This document shows, in pieces, positions 1 through 11,244 of a DNA stretch of 64,000 nt (positions within the stretch are counted from its first letter, which is position 1; every line of letters starts with the position of its first letter). A program made the position numbers and the translations under genes. A model generated the notes under the pieces. That model worked only from the letters and a program-made list of their open reading frames with translations, did not search any database and was not told the DNA's origin. The stretch covers positions 1,472,001 through 1,536,000 of the forward strand of contig CAWFFN010000009.1 in NCBI GenBank assembly GCA_963815115.1, in the 5' to 3' direction. Source of the DNA: an uncultured delta proteobacterium. Lineage in GTDB: Bacteria; Desulfobacterota; Binatia; DP-6.

Positions 1-1
1 G

Positions 2-496
2 TCGCTCCAGCGCGTCGCCGCGGCGAGCGATCGTGTCACTTCGTTGCCCCTGCACGCAGGACCGGGACTGCGCGATGCGGTCGCGGCGCTCTCGGGCGTC
101 CTCCTGAGCGAGCAGGTCGGCGCGGTCGAGGCGGTGGCGCAGCAGATCGCGGACGACGTGTGCTCCGCCCTCGGTGTGGCCCGCCTCCGGGTGCGCGTCC
201 AGGGCCAGCGGCCCCACGACGCGCGCGGGGAGCTGCACGGCCTCTACCTGCCGGCGAACGGCAGCGGGCGCGATCGGATCACGCTCTGGATGCGCACCGC
301 GAAGCGGGGACAGGTCGTGGCCTATCGCACCTTCCTGCGCACGCTCCTGCACGAGCTCTGCCACCACCTCGACTACACCTATCTGCATCTCCGCGACTCG
401 CTGCACACGCAGGGGTTCTATCAGCGAGAATCCAGCCTCTTCGCGGCGTTGGGCGCAGCGGGCAACGACCGCTCGCCGTCCCGCAGACGCGCCTGA
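2..496 (+). CDS. Hypothetical HExxH zinc-metallopeptidase-like protein (5'-truncated by window edge)
   Basis: Frame is open from position 2 to TGA at 496. Contains LLHELCHHLDY (HExxH) and a downstream H (SLHTQGFY). Confidence 0.6.
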   Translation, partial: SLQRVAAASDRVTSLPLHAGPGLRDAVAALSGVLLSEQVGAVEAVAQQIADDVCSALGVARLRVRVQGQRPHDARGELHGLYLPANGSGRDRITLWMRTAKRGQVVAYRTFLRTLLHELCHHLDYTYLHLRDSLHTQGFYQRESSLFAALGAAGNDRSPSRRRA

Positions 497-556
497 CGCG
501 GTGCCGCTGGGGCGTGCGTCCGGTCGTCGAACAGGATACAAGCGGGGCGCTCGGCA

Positions 557-1537
557 ATGTTCGGGACCCTCGTCACCGCGCGCTCCAACGTCAACGTTGC
601 CCTCGTGAAATACTGGGGGAAGCGCGACGCCTCGCTCAACCTCCCGGCCACGGGCAGCATCTCGCTCACCCTCGACGGCCTGTCGGTCGAGGCCGAGGTC
701 GGCTTCGGCGATGCGTCCACGGACGAGCTGACGATCGACGGCGAGCCCGCGCGAGGTACCGAGCGCGAGCGCCTGGTCGGCTTCCTGGATCTGCTGCGCC
801 ACGAAGCCCGCCGCGTGGATCGCGCACGCGTCTCGACCCGCAGCCGCGTACCGCGCGGTGCCGGCCTGGCGTCGTCGGCGGCGGCGTTCGCGGCGCTGGC
901 GCTCGCCGGCAGCCGGGCGGCGGGCCTGCGGCTCGAGCCGCCGGCGCTCTCCGCGCTCGCGCGGCGCGGCTCGGGCTCGGCTGCACGCTCGATCTTCGGC
1001 GGGTTCGTCGAGTGGCACCGCGGCGAGCGGTACGATGGCACCGACTCGATCGCCGAGCCGCTCCTCGCGCCGAGCGACTGGGACCTGCGCATCGTCGTCG
1101 CGCTCGCCAGCACGGAGGCGAAAGCCGTGTCGTCGCGCGACGGCATGGCGCGCGCCGCGGCGTCGCCGTTCTACCCCGCCTGGGTCGCGGGTGCCGAGCG
1201 CGATCTCGCCGAGGCTCGCGCCGCCGTGCGGACGCGCGATCTGGAAGCGCTCGGCCAGCTGGCGGAGCACAGCGCGCTCAAGATGCACGCGGTCGGCCTG
1301 GCGGCGCGGCCGCCGCTGCTCTACTGGCGCGGCGCCACCGTCGACTGCGTGCAGCGGGTGTGGGCACTGCGTGCCGAGGGCATCCCGGCGTTCGTCACCA
1401 TCGACGCCGGCCCGCAGGTGAAGGTTCTGTGCACGCCGGCCAACGCGGCGAAGGTCGCGCAGGCACTCGGGGACGTCCCGGGCGTGGCGCGCGTGATCAC
1501 CTGTGCGCCGGGCAGCGGCGCCGAGGTGCTCGCGTGA
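557..1537 (+). CDS. mvaD: Diphosphomevalonate decarboxylase
   Basis: NVALVKYWGKRD, GLASSAA GHMP loop, RRGSGSAARS, TIDAGPQVK. Confidence 0.95.
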   Translation: MFGTLVTARSNVNVALVKYWGKRDASLNLPATGSISLTLDGLSVEAEVGFGDASTDELTIDGEPARGTERERLVGFLDLLRHEARRVDRARVSTRSRVPRGAGLASSAAAFAALALAGSRAAGLRLEPPALSALARRGSGSAARSIFGGFVEWHRGERYDGTDSIAEPLLAPSDWDLRIVVALASTEAKAVSSRDGMARAAASPFYPAWVAGAERDLAEARAAVRTRDLEALGQLAEHSALKMHAVGLAARPPLLYWRGATVDCVQRVWALRAEGIPAFVTIDAGPQVKVLCTPANAAKVAQALGDVPGVARVITCAPGSGAEVLA

Positions 1538-2493
1538 GCGTGACGGCACGCGCGCCCGGCAAGCTCTTCATCACCGGCGAGTGGGCCGTGCTGCGCGGCG
1601 CGCCGGCGCTGGTCGCCGCCGTGGACCGTCATGCGTCGGTCACGGTCGAGCCTGGCGGCGACGGGATCGTCGTCGAGTCGGTCGCGGAAGGTCGCAGCGA
1701 TCATCTGGATGGCGCAGGGGACGGCCCGCTGCCCGGTGGTGATGCGGGCGCGGTGCTGGCCGCGCTGCGCCAGCGCCGCGAGCCGCCACGCGCGCTCCGC
1801 ATCGCGGTCGACTCGTGCGCGTTCCTCGTCGGAGAGCGCAAGCTCGGGCTCGGTCGCAGTGCGGCGACGCTGGTGGCTGCGAGCGCGGCGCTGGCGGCGG
1901 GGGAGACCCCCGCGCAGCTCCTCGGTCGCGCACTCGAGGCGAACGCGCTCTTCCAGGCAGGGCAGGGCAGCGGGGCCGACGTGGCCGCGGCGGTGCACGG
2001 TGGCGTCGTGGAGGTCCGGCGCAGCGCGGACGGGCTCGCCGTCGCCTCGCGAACGCTCCCGGCGGGCCTCCATCTCGTCGCCGGCTGGACGGGGACGCCC
2101 GCGCCGACGACGCCGCTGCTGGTGCGCTTCGCCACCTCGCCGACGCCGGCCGCCCTGGCCGACCTCTCGGCGGCCGCCGTCGCGGCAGCCGACGCCGTGA
2201 CACGGGGCGACGCGGCGACGCTGCTCGACGCGGTGGAGCGCTCCGCGGCGCTCCTGGTCCGGCTCGGCGCCGAGCTGGATCTGCCGCTGGTGACGCCGGC
2301 GCTCGCCACGCTGGTGCGTGTCGCGAACCGCGTCGGCGCCGCGGCGAAGCCGTCGGGCGCCGGAGCGGGCGATTGCGGCATCGCCCTGGCCACCTCGCTG
2401 GCGCAGGCGGCGGCGGTGCGGGCCGCGTGGCAGGACGCCGGCATCCTGCCATTGCCGGTACGGGTGGCGGAGCGCGGGGTGAGCGTTGGCTGA
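1534..2493 (+). CDS. Phosphomevalonate kinase (GHMP family)
   Basis: GTGA overlap with the mvaD stop. Motifs APGKLFITGEWAVL, KLGLGRSAA, GSGADVAA, KPSGAGAGDCG. Confidence 0.85.
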   Translation: MSVTARAPGKLFITGEWAVLRGAPALVAAVDRHASVTVEPGGDGIVVESVAEGRSDHLDGAGDGPLPGGDAGAVLAALRQRREPPRALRIAVDSCAFLVGERKLGLGRSAATLVAASAALAAGETPAQLLGRALEANALFQAGQGSGADVAAAVHGGVVEVRRSADGLAVASRTLPAGLHLVAGWTGTPAPTTPLLVRFATSPTPAALADLSAAAVAAADAVTRGDAATLLDAVERSAALLVRLGAELDLPLVTPALATLVRVANRVGAAAKPSGAGAGDCGIALATSLAQAAAVRAAWQDAGILPLPVRVAERGVSVG

Positions 2494-3548
2494 GCCGATC
2501 GCCGAGCGCAAGCGCGCGCACCTCGATCTGTGCGAGCAGGCCGAGGTGGAGTACGCGCGCAAGACGACGCTCTTGGAGGAGGTCGAGCTGGTGCACGACG
2601 CGCTCCCCGAGCTGGCCCTCGCCGAGGTCGACGTCTCGACCGGACTGCTCGGCAAGCGACTGCGTGCGCCCCTGCTCATCACGGGCATGACGGGGGGGAC
2701 GAGCGAGGCGGCCGACATCAACCAGGCGCTGGCGCAGGTCGCCGAGGAGCACGGCATCGCCTTCGGCCTCGGCTCGCAGCGCGCCATGCAGCGGGCGCCG
2801 GAGCTCGAGTACACCTTCGCGGTGCGCACCCACGCGCCGACGGCGCTGGTCCTCGCCAACCTCGGCATGGTGCAGGCGGGCGCGCTACGGTCGTCGGAGG
2901 TCGAGCGCCTGGTGCAGCGGGTCGGCGCCGATGCCGTCTGCATCCATCTCAACCCGGCGCAGGAGCTCATCCAGCCCGGCGGCGACCGCGACTTCCGCGG
3001 CGGTCTCGCCACCTTCGCTCGCCTGGTCCGCGACCTGCCGGTGTCCGTGGTGGCGAAGGAGACCGGCTGCGGCATCTCGCGCGACGTCGCGGCGCGCCTG
3101 CGCGACGTCGGGGTGCGGACCATCGACGTCTCCGGCGCCGGCGGCACGTCATGGGTCAAGGTCGAGACGCTGCGTGCGGACGCCGCGGGGCGCGACCTGG
3201 GCGAGGAGTTTGCCGACTGGGGCATTCCCACGGGCGCGGCGGTGGCCGGGTTGCGTGGCGTCGGCGTGGAGGTCATCGCCAGCGGCGGCATCCGCAGCGG
3301 GCTCGACGTGGCCAAGGCGGTGGCGCTGGGTGCCCGCGGGGCGGGCGTTGCGCTGCCCGTGTTCCGGGCCTATCGCGAGGGTGGCGTGGTCGCGGCGGGG
3401 CGCTTCGTCGAGCGGCTGGTGGACGGACTGCGGACCGCGATGGTGCTCACCGGCTCGCGCGACCTCGAGGCCCTGGGGCGAACGCCGCTTGTGATAGGGC
3501 GTCGCTTGCGAGATTGGCTCACCCGTTGGCCGACCCCGGAGGAGGTGC

Positions 3549-3556
<8 letters not shown>
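2486..3556 (+). CDS. fni: Type 2 isopentenyl-diphosphate delta-isomerase (FMN)
   Basis: RKxxH start, ITGMTGG, GSQR, HLNPAQE, KETGCG, GAGGTSW, SGGIRSG. Confidence 0.95.
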
Positions 3557-4832
<1,276 letters not shown>

Positions 4833-4861
4833 CCCGCGCGGCCCCGGCGGGCCAGGGAGCG

Positions 4862-5767
4862 ATGCACGCCAGCGGGCGCGCGGGAGGCAAGGTGATCCTC
4901 CTGGGCGAGCACGTCGTGGTCTACGGCCGGCCGGCGGTGGCGGCGGGGCTGCCGATCGGGCTCGAGGTCGAGGTGACCGAGGGGCAGGGCCCGGTCATCA
5001 CGAGCGACGATCCCGCGCTGGCGGCCGACCCGCGGCCCCGCGAGCTGATCGTCCAGGCGGCGGCGCTGACCGGCCTCGATCCCACGCGCCTCGTGGTGCG
5101 GGTGCGCTCCGAGCTGCCGCCGGGACGCGGGCTCGGCAGCTCGGCCGCGCTGGCGGTGGCGGTGCTGCGCGCCCTCGCGACGCTCGCCGGCAGACGACTC
5201 GACCGGGCCGCGGAGCTCGACGGTGGCCGCCGGCTGGAAACCGTCTTCCACGGCACGCCGTCGGGCATCGACCCTGCGGCCGCCGCGCTCGGCACCTGCT
5301 TCCGGTTCGTGCGCGGCGAGCCGCCGGTGGTGACGCCGCTGCGGCCGGCAATGCCCCTGCCCATCGTCGTCGCGTTCGGCGATCGACCGCGCAGCACCGG
5401 CGCCGCGGTCGGTGGCCTGCGTGCGCGCTGGGAGGCGGACCAGGCGCGCTACGAGGCGCTCTTCGACGCCGTCGGCGAGGTGGTCGAGCGCGGCGCCGCG
5501 GCGGTGGAGGCCGGCGATCTCGTCACCCTCGGGCGGGCCTTCGACGACAATCAGGCGCTGCTGGAGACGCTCGGCGTCTCCTCGGACGAGATCGCCCGGC
5601 TGGTCGCTGCGGCTCGGCGCGCGGGTGCGCTGGGGGCGAAGCTCACCGGCGGCGGCGCGGGCGGCGCGGTGATCGCGCTCGCGCCCGACCCGGAAGCGGT
5701 GGCGGGACGGCTCGAGCACGAGGGATGGACGGCGCTGGTGACTCGCGTCGGCGAGCAGACGCCCTAG
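4862..5767 (+). CDS. mvk: Mevalonate kinase
   Basis: GKVILLGEHVVVYG, PGRGLGSSAA, HGTPSGID, AKLTGGGAGG. ATG at 4862 follows a GGGAG. Confidence 0.92.
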   Translation: MHASGRAGGKVILLGEHVVVYGRPAVAAGLPIGLEVEVTEGQGPVITSDDPALAADPRPRELIVQAAALTGLDPTRLVVRVRSELPPGRGLGSSAALAVAVLRALATLAGRRLDRAAELDGGRRLETVFHGTPSGIDPAAAALGTCFRFVRGEPPVVTPLRPAMPLPIVVAFGDRPRSTGAAVGGLRARWEADQARYEALFDAVGEVVERGAAAVEAGDLVTLGRAFDDNQALLETLGVSSDEIARLVAAARRAGALGAKLTGGGAGGAVIALAPDPEAVAGRLEHEGWTALVTRVGEQTP

Positions 5768-6969
5768 CTGCCCGCGCGCCTCCGCAGCGCCGTCGACAGC
5801 TCCCCGGCACATTCCCGGCCGAGCCGGTGCCGCGCCGCCGGCTGCCTGGCGAGACGCGCGGCCTGACGCCACGCACGAGCCACCTTCTTGTCGTTGACGC
5901 TCGCGCTCGCGAGCAGCCGGCAGCACCGCCCGACCGCCGCCGTGAGCGCTCGCGGCGCCGGCTCGCCGGTTGGGCACGACGACGTCGCGCGCCGCGGCCA
6001 GCTGCAGCTCGCCCCGACGGTGGCCGATTCGATCGCCGGGGCGGACGTCGTTCGGCCGGCTCCCCAGCGCTCGACGAAGGCGGCGGCGACCGCGGCCGCG
6101 TTGTCTGCCGCGAGCCGGTAGTAGTCGAAGAAGACCCTGAAATCCTCGTTGTCGGAGACCGCGCGGAAGGCGATGAACGGCACGCCGCGCGCACCCGCCT
6201 CGCGGGCCACCGCGGCGGTCTCCATGTCGTTGGCGACGATCGTCTCGCCGGCCTGCGCGGCCGCTGGGGGGGCACCGGCCGCCGCGGTCACGCCCGTCGC
6301 GACGTCGCAGCCGAACACCGGATCACGACCGGGAGTGCACGGGTCGGGCCGGCCGCCGAAGGGATCGTCGCTCTCGCCCGTGCCGCCGACGATCACCGTG
6401 GGCAGGTCGGGCAGGCAGACGATCGGACCCGGCGGATCCGGCGGCACCGCCCCGCAGCGCTCCAGGATGACGTTCGGCGCGATCGCGCTCGCGACCTCCA
6501 GGAGCGAGGGATCGGCCGCGTGCGCCGTGCCGTCGTTCTCGAGCCACGTCGCCGGCACCGTGACGTCACCGATACCGTGGGACGCGGAGCCGGCAACGCC
6601 GGAGACCACGACGGCGGCGACGTCGAAGCGATCGAGCACGAGACGGGTGGTGGCGCCCGCGTTGCCGAGGCCGATGCCGAGGAGCCCGAGCACGACGGGG
6701 ACGCCGCCCAGCGTGCCGACGCGCAGCACGCGATCCCCGACCACGAGCGTCTCGTGGACGGTCGCGTGGGTGAGGACCGATTCCAGCTCCGCCGGGAAGG
6801 CGGAGAAGACGGCGAGCATCGGCGGCGAGCCGCAGGCGCTCTCCTCGATCGCGCACAGGCCGTCGCCGAAGTCGGCAGGCGGTGCCGGGGCGGCGCCCGC
6901 GACCGCGGGGACGAGCGCGACGGCGAGCGTTGCGGCCAGCGCGGCGATGCGCCGGGTCACGGGCTCCAT
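5764..6969 (-). CDS. Secreted MTA/SAH nucleosidase (PNP/UDP phosphorylase family) with Cys-rich insertions
   Basis: Signal peptide (RRIAALAATLAVALVPAVAGA). Motifs SAFPAE, GIGLGNA, SGVAG, IGDV, DMETAAVA, PFIAFRAVSD. Confidence 0.75.
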   Translation of the reverse strand: MEPVTRRIAALAATLAVALVPAVAGAAPAPPADFGDGLCAIEESACGSPPMLAVFSAFPAELESVLTHATVHETLVVGDRVLRVGTLGGVPVVLGLLGIGLGNAGATTRLVLDRFDVAAVVVSGVAGSASHGIGDVTVPATWLENDGTAHAADPSLLEVASAIAPNVILERCGAVPPDPPGPIVCLPDLPTVIVGGTGESDDPFGGRPDPCTPGRDPVFGCDVATGVTAAAGAPPAAAQAGETIVANDMETAAVAREAGARGVPFIAFRAVSDNEDFRVFFDYYRLAADNAAAVAAAFVERWGAGRTTSAPAIESATVGASCSWPRRATSSCPTGEPAPRALTAAVGRCCRLLASASVNDKKVARAWRQAARLARQPAARHRLGRECAGELSTALRRRAGS

Positions 6970-7124
6970 ATGGGGTGACCATACCGTAGACCGGCGCGGC
7001 CGTCGCGGGAAATTCACGGCGCGAGTCGTCGCACCGCATGCGCCATGGCGAGCCCGAGGACGCCTCGCGTCACCGGCCGGGCCCGCGGCGGTGGTGGAGG
7101 GTCGCAGGACCGTGATATCGAGGG

Positions 7125-9086
7125 ATGCCTGTGTCGGGGATGCCGGTGGAGGGTCGCATGGGCGCCAGCGAAGTCGTCGAGCAGCAGGGGCTCGCAGCGC
7201 GTGTCGACGAGAGCATCGCGCGCGCGTCGCGAGCGCTCCTCTCCGTCCAGTGCCCGGCGGGCTACTGGCAGGGTGTCGTCGAGGGGGCGGCCCACCTCGA
7301 GGCCGAGTACGTGTTCGCGAACCGCCTGCTCGGACGCCAGCGTTCCGAGCAGGACCGTCTCATGGCAGAGCGCTTGCTCGCGCTGCAGCAGGACGATGGC
7401 GGATGGGCGCTGGCGCCGGGCCAGCCGGGTCATCTGTCGACGAGCGTCCAGGCCTACCTGGCGCTGAAGCTGGCGGGGCTCGGAACCGGCGAGCCGGCCC
7501 TCGCTCGCGCCCGCGACCTGATCCTCTCGCGCGGCGGCCTGGCCGCGTCGGGCATGTTCACGCGTTTCTGGCTCGCCTGCTTCGGGCAGTTCCCCTGGTC
7601 GGGCGTGCCGCGCGTGCCGGTCGAGATGATGCTCCTGCCCAGCTGGGCGCCGCTGAACATCTACCATCTCGCCAGCTGGACGCGGGCCACGCTGGTGCCG
7701 TTCGCGCTGCTGATGGTCCACCGGCCCGAGGCACGCGTGCCGGCGGAAGCCGACCTCCGCGAGCTGTGGCTGCGCGAGCCCACTCCCGCCGACCTGTCGT
7801 TCGCGCGCTCGCCGTCGCTGATCTCGTGGCGCAACGTGTTCCTGGCGCTCGACCGCGCGATCGCGCTCCTCGGCCGCGTGCCCTGGAAGCCGTTGCGCCG
7901 CCGGGCCGTGGCCCGCGCGATCGAGTGGCTGCTGCGCCACGAGGACGCGGCCGGCCAGTGGGCGGGAGCCCAGCCCGCCACCGTGCGATCCGTGCTCGCG
8001 CTGCATGCCATCGGCTTCGCGGCCGATCATCCGACCATCGTGCGCGGCCTGCAGGGCCTCGACGATCTCCTGGTGCAGCGCGGCGACCAGCTCGCCTACC
8101 AGCCGTGCATGGCTCCGACCTGGGACACCGTGAACGCGATGCGGGCCCTGCTCGACGCCGGTCTCGAGCCGCAGCATCCGGCACTGGCCCGCGCGGGCGA
8201 ATGGCTCGTCGGACGGCAGGCGGTACGGCCGGGGGACTGGGCGGTGCACAATCCGGAGCTCGATCCGGGCGGCTGGGCGGCCGAGCCCGCGAACGACTGG
8301 TATCCCAGCGTCGACGTCTCGGCCCTCGCGGTCTCCGTGCTGCAGCAGCTGCCCATCCGAGCGACGCACGCCGGCAGGCGTGCGCTGGCTCACGGCCTCG
8401 ACTGGACGCTCGGCATGCAGGGACGCGACGGCGGCTGGGCGGCGTTCGACACCGACAACGAGTCGCGGTTCCTGGACGCGGTCCCGTTCCCGGACCTCGA
8501 GGGCGTCACCGACCCGCCCAGCGCCGACACCACCGGGCGCGTGCTGGCAGTCGCCGCCGAGCACGGCTTCGGGCTCGGCCTGGGCCGCATCCGGCGGGGC
8601 GCCGAGTTCCTTCGCCGCACCCAGCACGCGGATGGCAGCTGGTCGGGGCGCTGGGGCGTCAACGCCCTCCACGGCACGTGGCTCGCGCTCGCCGGACTCG
8701 CCGCCGCGGGCGAGGACCCGCGCGCGCCGTACGTGCAGCGCGCGGTCGCGTGGCTCGCCGCACGACAGAACGGCGATGGCGGCTGGGGCGAGAGCGTGGC
8801 CTCCTACGAGGACGACGCGCGGCGAGGGTGCGGCGACAGTACCCCGTCGCAGACGGCATGGGCGCTGATGGGTCTCCTCGCTGCCGCCGGAGCCGACCAT
8901 CCGGCCGTGTCGCGCGGAGTCGAGCACCTGGTACGCAGCCAGGACGCCGACGGCCGCTGGGAAGAGGTCGCGTTCACGGCCACGGCCGTTCCGCGGCGCG
9001 CCTACCTGCGCTACGAGCTGTTCTCGCTGCACTACCCGCTCCGCGCCCTCGGCCAGTACCGGGCTCGCGTCGCCTCCACGGCATGA
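7125..9086 (+). CDS. Squalene-hopene cyclase homologue with divergent active site (start may be ATG 7158)
   Basis: Six QW-type repeats (QQDDGGW, QGRDGGW, QHADGSW, QNGDGGW, QDADGRW and others), PTWDT, GRWGVN, STPSQTAWAL, YLRY. The DXDD motif reads SVDV. Confidence 0.9.
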   Translation: MPVSGMPVEGRMGASEVVEQQGLAARVDESIARASRALLSVQCPAGYWQGVVEGAAHLEAEYVFANRLLGRQRSEQDRLMAERLLALQQDDGGWALAPGQPGHLSTSVQAYLALKLAGLGTGEPALARARDLILSRGGLAASGMFTRFWLACFGQFPWSGVPRVPVEMMLLPSWAPLNIYHLASWTRATLVPFALLMVHRPEARVPAEADLRELWLREPTPADLSFARSPSLISWRNVFLALDRAIALLGRVPWKPLRRRAVARAIEWLLRHEDAAGQWAGAQPATVRSVLALHAIGFAADHPTIVRGLQGLDDLLVQRGDQLAYQPCMAPTWDTVNAMRALLDAGLEPQHPALARAGEWLVGRQAVRPGDWAVHNPELDPGGWAAEPANDWYPSVDVSALAVSVLQQLPIRATHAGRRALAHGLDWTLGMQGRDGGWAAFDTDNESRFLDAVPFPDLEGVTDPPSADTTGRVLAVAAEHGFGLGLGRIRRGAEFLRRTQHADGSWSGRWGVNALHGTWLALAGLAAAGEDPRAPYVQRAVAWLAARQNGDGGWGESVASYEDDARRGCGDSTPSQTAWALMGLLAAAGADHPAVSRGVEHLVRSQDADGRWEEVAFTATAVPRRAYLRYELFSLHYPLRALGQYRARVASTA

Positions 9087-9946
9087 CGGCCGCCGTCGCG
9101 CAGGTCGAGCGGGCGTACGCCGAGTGCGTCCGCATCGCCCGCCACTACGAGAACTTCCCGATCGGCTCCTTCCTCCTGCCACGCAGGCTGCGGCGCGATC
9201 TCGCGGCGGTGTACGCCTTCGCGCGCGGCGGCGACGACCTGGCGGACGAGGGCGACCCCGCCGGCCGGCTCGCGGCGCTGGCCGCGTACGAGGAACGGCT
9301 GGTCGCCTGCGTGGCCGATCCGCCGGCCGTGGACGACCCGGTCTTCCTGGCCCTCGGCCACACCATCGCGAAGCACGATCTCGGCATCGAGCCGTTCCGC
9401 AACCTGCTCACGGCGTTCCGGCGCGACGCGGCCGGCGAGACCCGGACCATGGCGACCTTCGCGGATCTGGTCGAGTACTGCAGCTGCTCGGCCAATCCGG
9501 TCGGCCGCATCGTGCTCGGGCTGTTCGGATATCGCGACCCCGAGCGGCAGGCGCGCTCCGACGAGATCTGCACGGCCCTGCAGTTCACCAACTGCTGGCA
9601 GGACGTGGCCGGGGACCTCGAGCGGGGCCGCGTCTACCTGCCCCAGGAAGACCTCGATCGCTACGCGGGGAGCCGGGATGCCCTCTCCAGCGGCCGCCTG
9701 ACGCCCGGCTTCGCCGCTCTCATGGCGTTCGAGGTGGAGCGCGCGCGGAGCTGGTTCGCACGCGGGCTCGGTCTGGCGACCCTGGTGCACGGCCGGCTGC
9801 GACGCGAGGTCCGGTTGTTCGCTCACGGCGGGCTGGCGGTGCTCGCCCGCATCGAGGCGTCGGGCTACGACGTCTTCACCCGTCGGCCCACCCTCCGCCG
9901 CGCCGACCTGCTGCGGCTCGTGCTGCGCGAGGTGTGGGCCGCCTGA
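9083..9946 (+). CDS. hpnC: Squalene synthase-family HpnC
   Basis: HYENFP, VYAFAR, DDLADE, SANPVGR, LQFTNCWQDV, GRVYLP. ATGA overlap with the cyclase stop. Confidence 0.88.
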   Translation: MTAAVAQVERAYAECVRIARHYENFPIGSFLLPRRLRRDLAAVYAFARGGDDLADEGDPAGRLAALAAYEERLVACVADPPAVDDPVFLALGHTIAKHDLGIEPFRNLLTAFRRDAAGETRTMATFADLVEYCSCSANPVGRIVLGLFGYRDPERQARSDEICTALQFTNCWQDVAGDLERGRVYLPQEDLDRYAGSRDALSSGRLTPGFAALMAFEVERARSWFARGLGLATLVHGRLRREVRLFAHGGLAVLARIEASGYDVFTRRPTLRRADLLRLVLREVWAA

Positions 9947-9972
9947 TCCGATCGTGGCAAGGAGAGTCCCAG

Positions 9973-11226
9973 GTGACACCGATTCCGTCCACTGACCTTC
10001 GCATCGACGACATCCAGCTCGGCTCGGCCGAGCTGTGGGCCCGCCCGGACCGCGACGGCATCTTCGCGAAGCTGCGCGCGGAGCGGCCGGTCTCGTTCCA
10101 CGAGGAGCCGGAGTTCATCGGCTTTCCCAAGGGGCCGGGCTTCTGGTCCGTCGTGCGCCACGACGACGTGCTGCGGGTCTCGCGCGACTCGGAGACCTTC
10201 GTCTCGGGCCGGGGCTCCAACATCGGCGACCTGCCCGTCGAGCTGCTCGAGTTCTTCGGCTCGATGATCAACATGGACGCGCCGCGCCACACCAAGCTGC
10301 GCAAGCTCGTCAGCCGTGGCTTCACGCCCCGCATGGTGGCCGGGCTCGAGACGGCGGTGCGCCAGCAAGCGCGCCACATCGTGCAGACCGTCGCGCCAAA
10401 GGGTCGCTGCGACTTCGTCGAGGAGATCGCCGCCGCGCTCCCGCTGAAGATCATCTGCGACATGATGGGGATCCCCGAGGCCGACACGCGGCGCATGTTC
10501 GAGCTGTCGAACATCATCCTCGGCGTCGGCGACCCGGAGTACGGCACGACCATGGAGACGCTGATGGCCGCCGCGGTCGAGCTGTCGCAGTACGCGCAGG
10601 CGCTGGGCGAGGAGCGCGCCCAGACGCCGCGCGGCGACATCACCAGCGTGCTCATGCAGGCCGACGTCGACGGCGATCGGCTGACGACGGCCGAGTTCGC
10701 GTCGTTCTTCATCCTGCTCGTGGTGGCGGGCAACGAGACCACGCGCAATGCCATCAGCCATGGCATGAAGGCGCTCACCGACTTCCCCGAGCAGCGCCGC
10801 GCCTGGATGAGCGACTTCGAGGGCGTGGCCCCGGCGGCGGTGGAGGAGATCGTGCGCTGGGCGACGCCGGTGATCCACTTCCGGCGAACGGCGACGCGCG
10901 ACGTCGAGATCGCGGGCCAGAGCATCCCTGCCGGCGACAAGATCGTCATGTGGTACAGCTCGGCGAACCGGGACGAGCGCGCCTTCGACGATCCCTACCG
11001 CTTCGACGTGCGCCGGGAGCCGAACGAGCACGTCGGCTTCGGCGGGGGCGGCGCGCATTTCTGTCTGGGCGCCAACCTGGCCCGGCGCGAGATCAAGGTG
11101 ATGTTCGAGGAGCTTTTCCGCACGCTGCCCGACATCCACGTCGTGGGCGAGCCCGACCGCCTCTTCTCGGCGTTCATCCACGGCATCAAGCGCATGCGCG
11201 TGGAGTGGACGCCGCCCCGCGGCTGA
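9973..11226 (+). CDS. Cytochrome P450, CYP124-like (methyl-branched lipid/isoprenoid omega-hydroxylase type)
   Basis: AGNETT I-helix, EEIVR, SANRDE, heme motif GFGGGGAHFCLGANLARREI. Confidence 0.9.
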   Translation: MTPIPSTDLRIDDIQLGSAELWARPDRDGIFAKLRAERPVSFHEEPEFIGFPKGPGFWSVVRHDDVLRVSRDSETFVSGRGSNIGDLPVELLEFFGSMINMDAPRHTKLRKLVSRGFTPRMVAGLETAVRQQARHIVQTVAPKGRCDFVEEIAAALPLKIICDMMGIPEADTRRMFELSNIILGVGDPEYGTTMETLMAAAVELSQYAQALGEERAQTPRGDITSVLMQADVDGDRLTTAEFASFFILLVVAGNETTRNAISHGMKALTDFPEQRRAWMSDFEGVAPAAVEEIVRWATPVIHFRRTATRDVEIAGQSIPAGDKIVMWYSSANRDERAFDDPYRFDVRREPNEHVGFGGGGAHFCLGANLARREIKVMFEELFRTLPDIHVVGEPDRLFSAFIHGIKRMRVEWTPPRG

Positions 11227-11244
11227 CGGCAAGGAGGACGCGGC

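Noticed and set aside
160-1533. Long N-terminal extensions and giant ORFs in the track (e.g. 160..2493, 6149..9946, 23751..28322, 32342..35392, 53901..57191)
   Set aside because: These are stop-poor alternative frames in very high-GC DNA. Only their C-terminal parts have recognisable motifs and coupled starts, so they are not real fusions.
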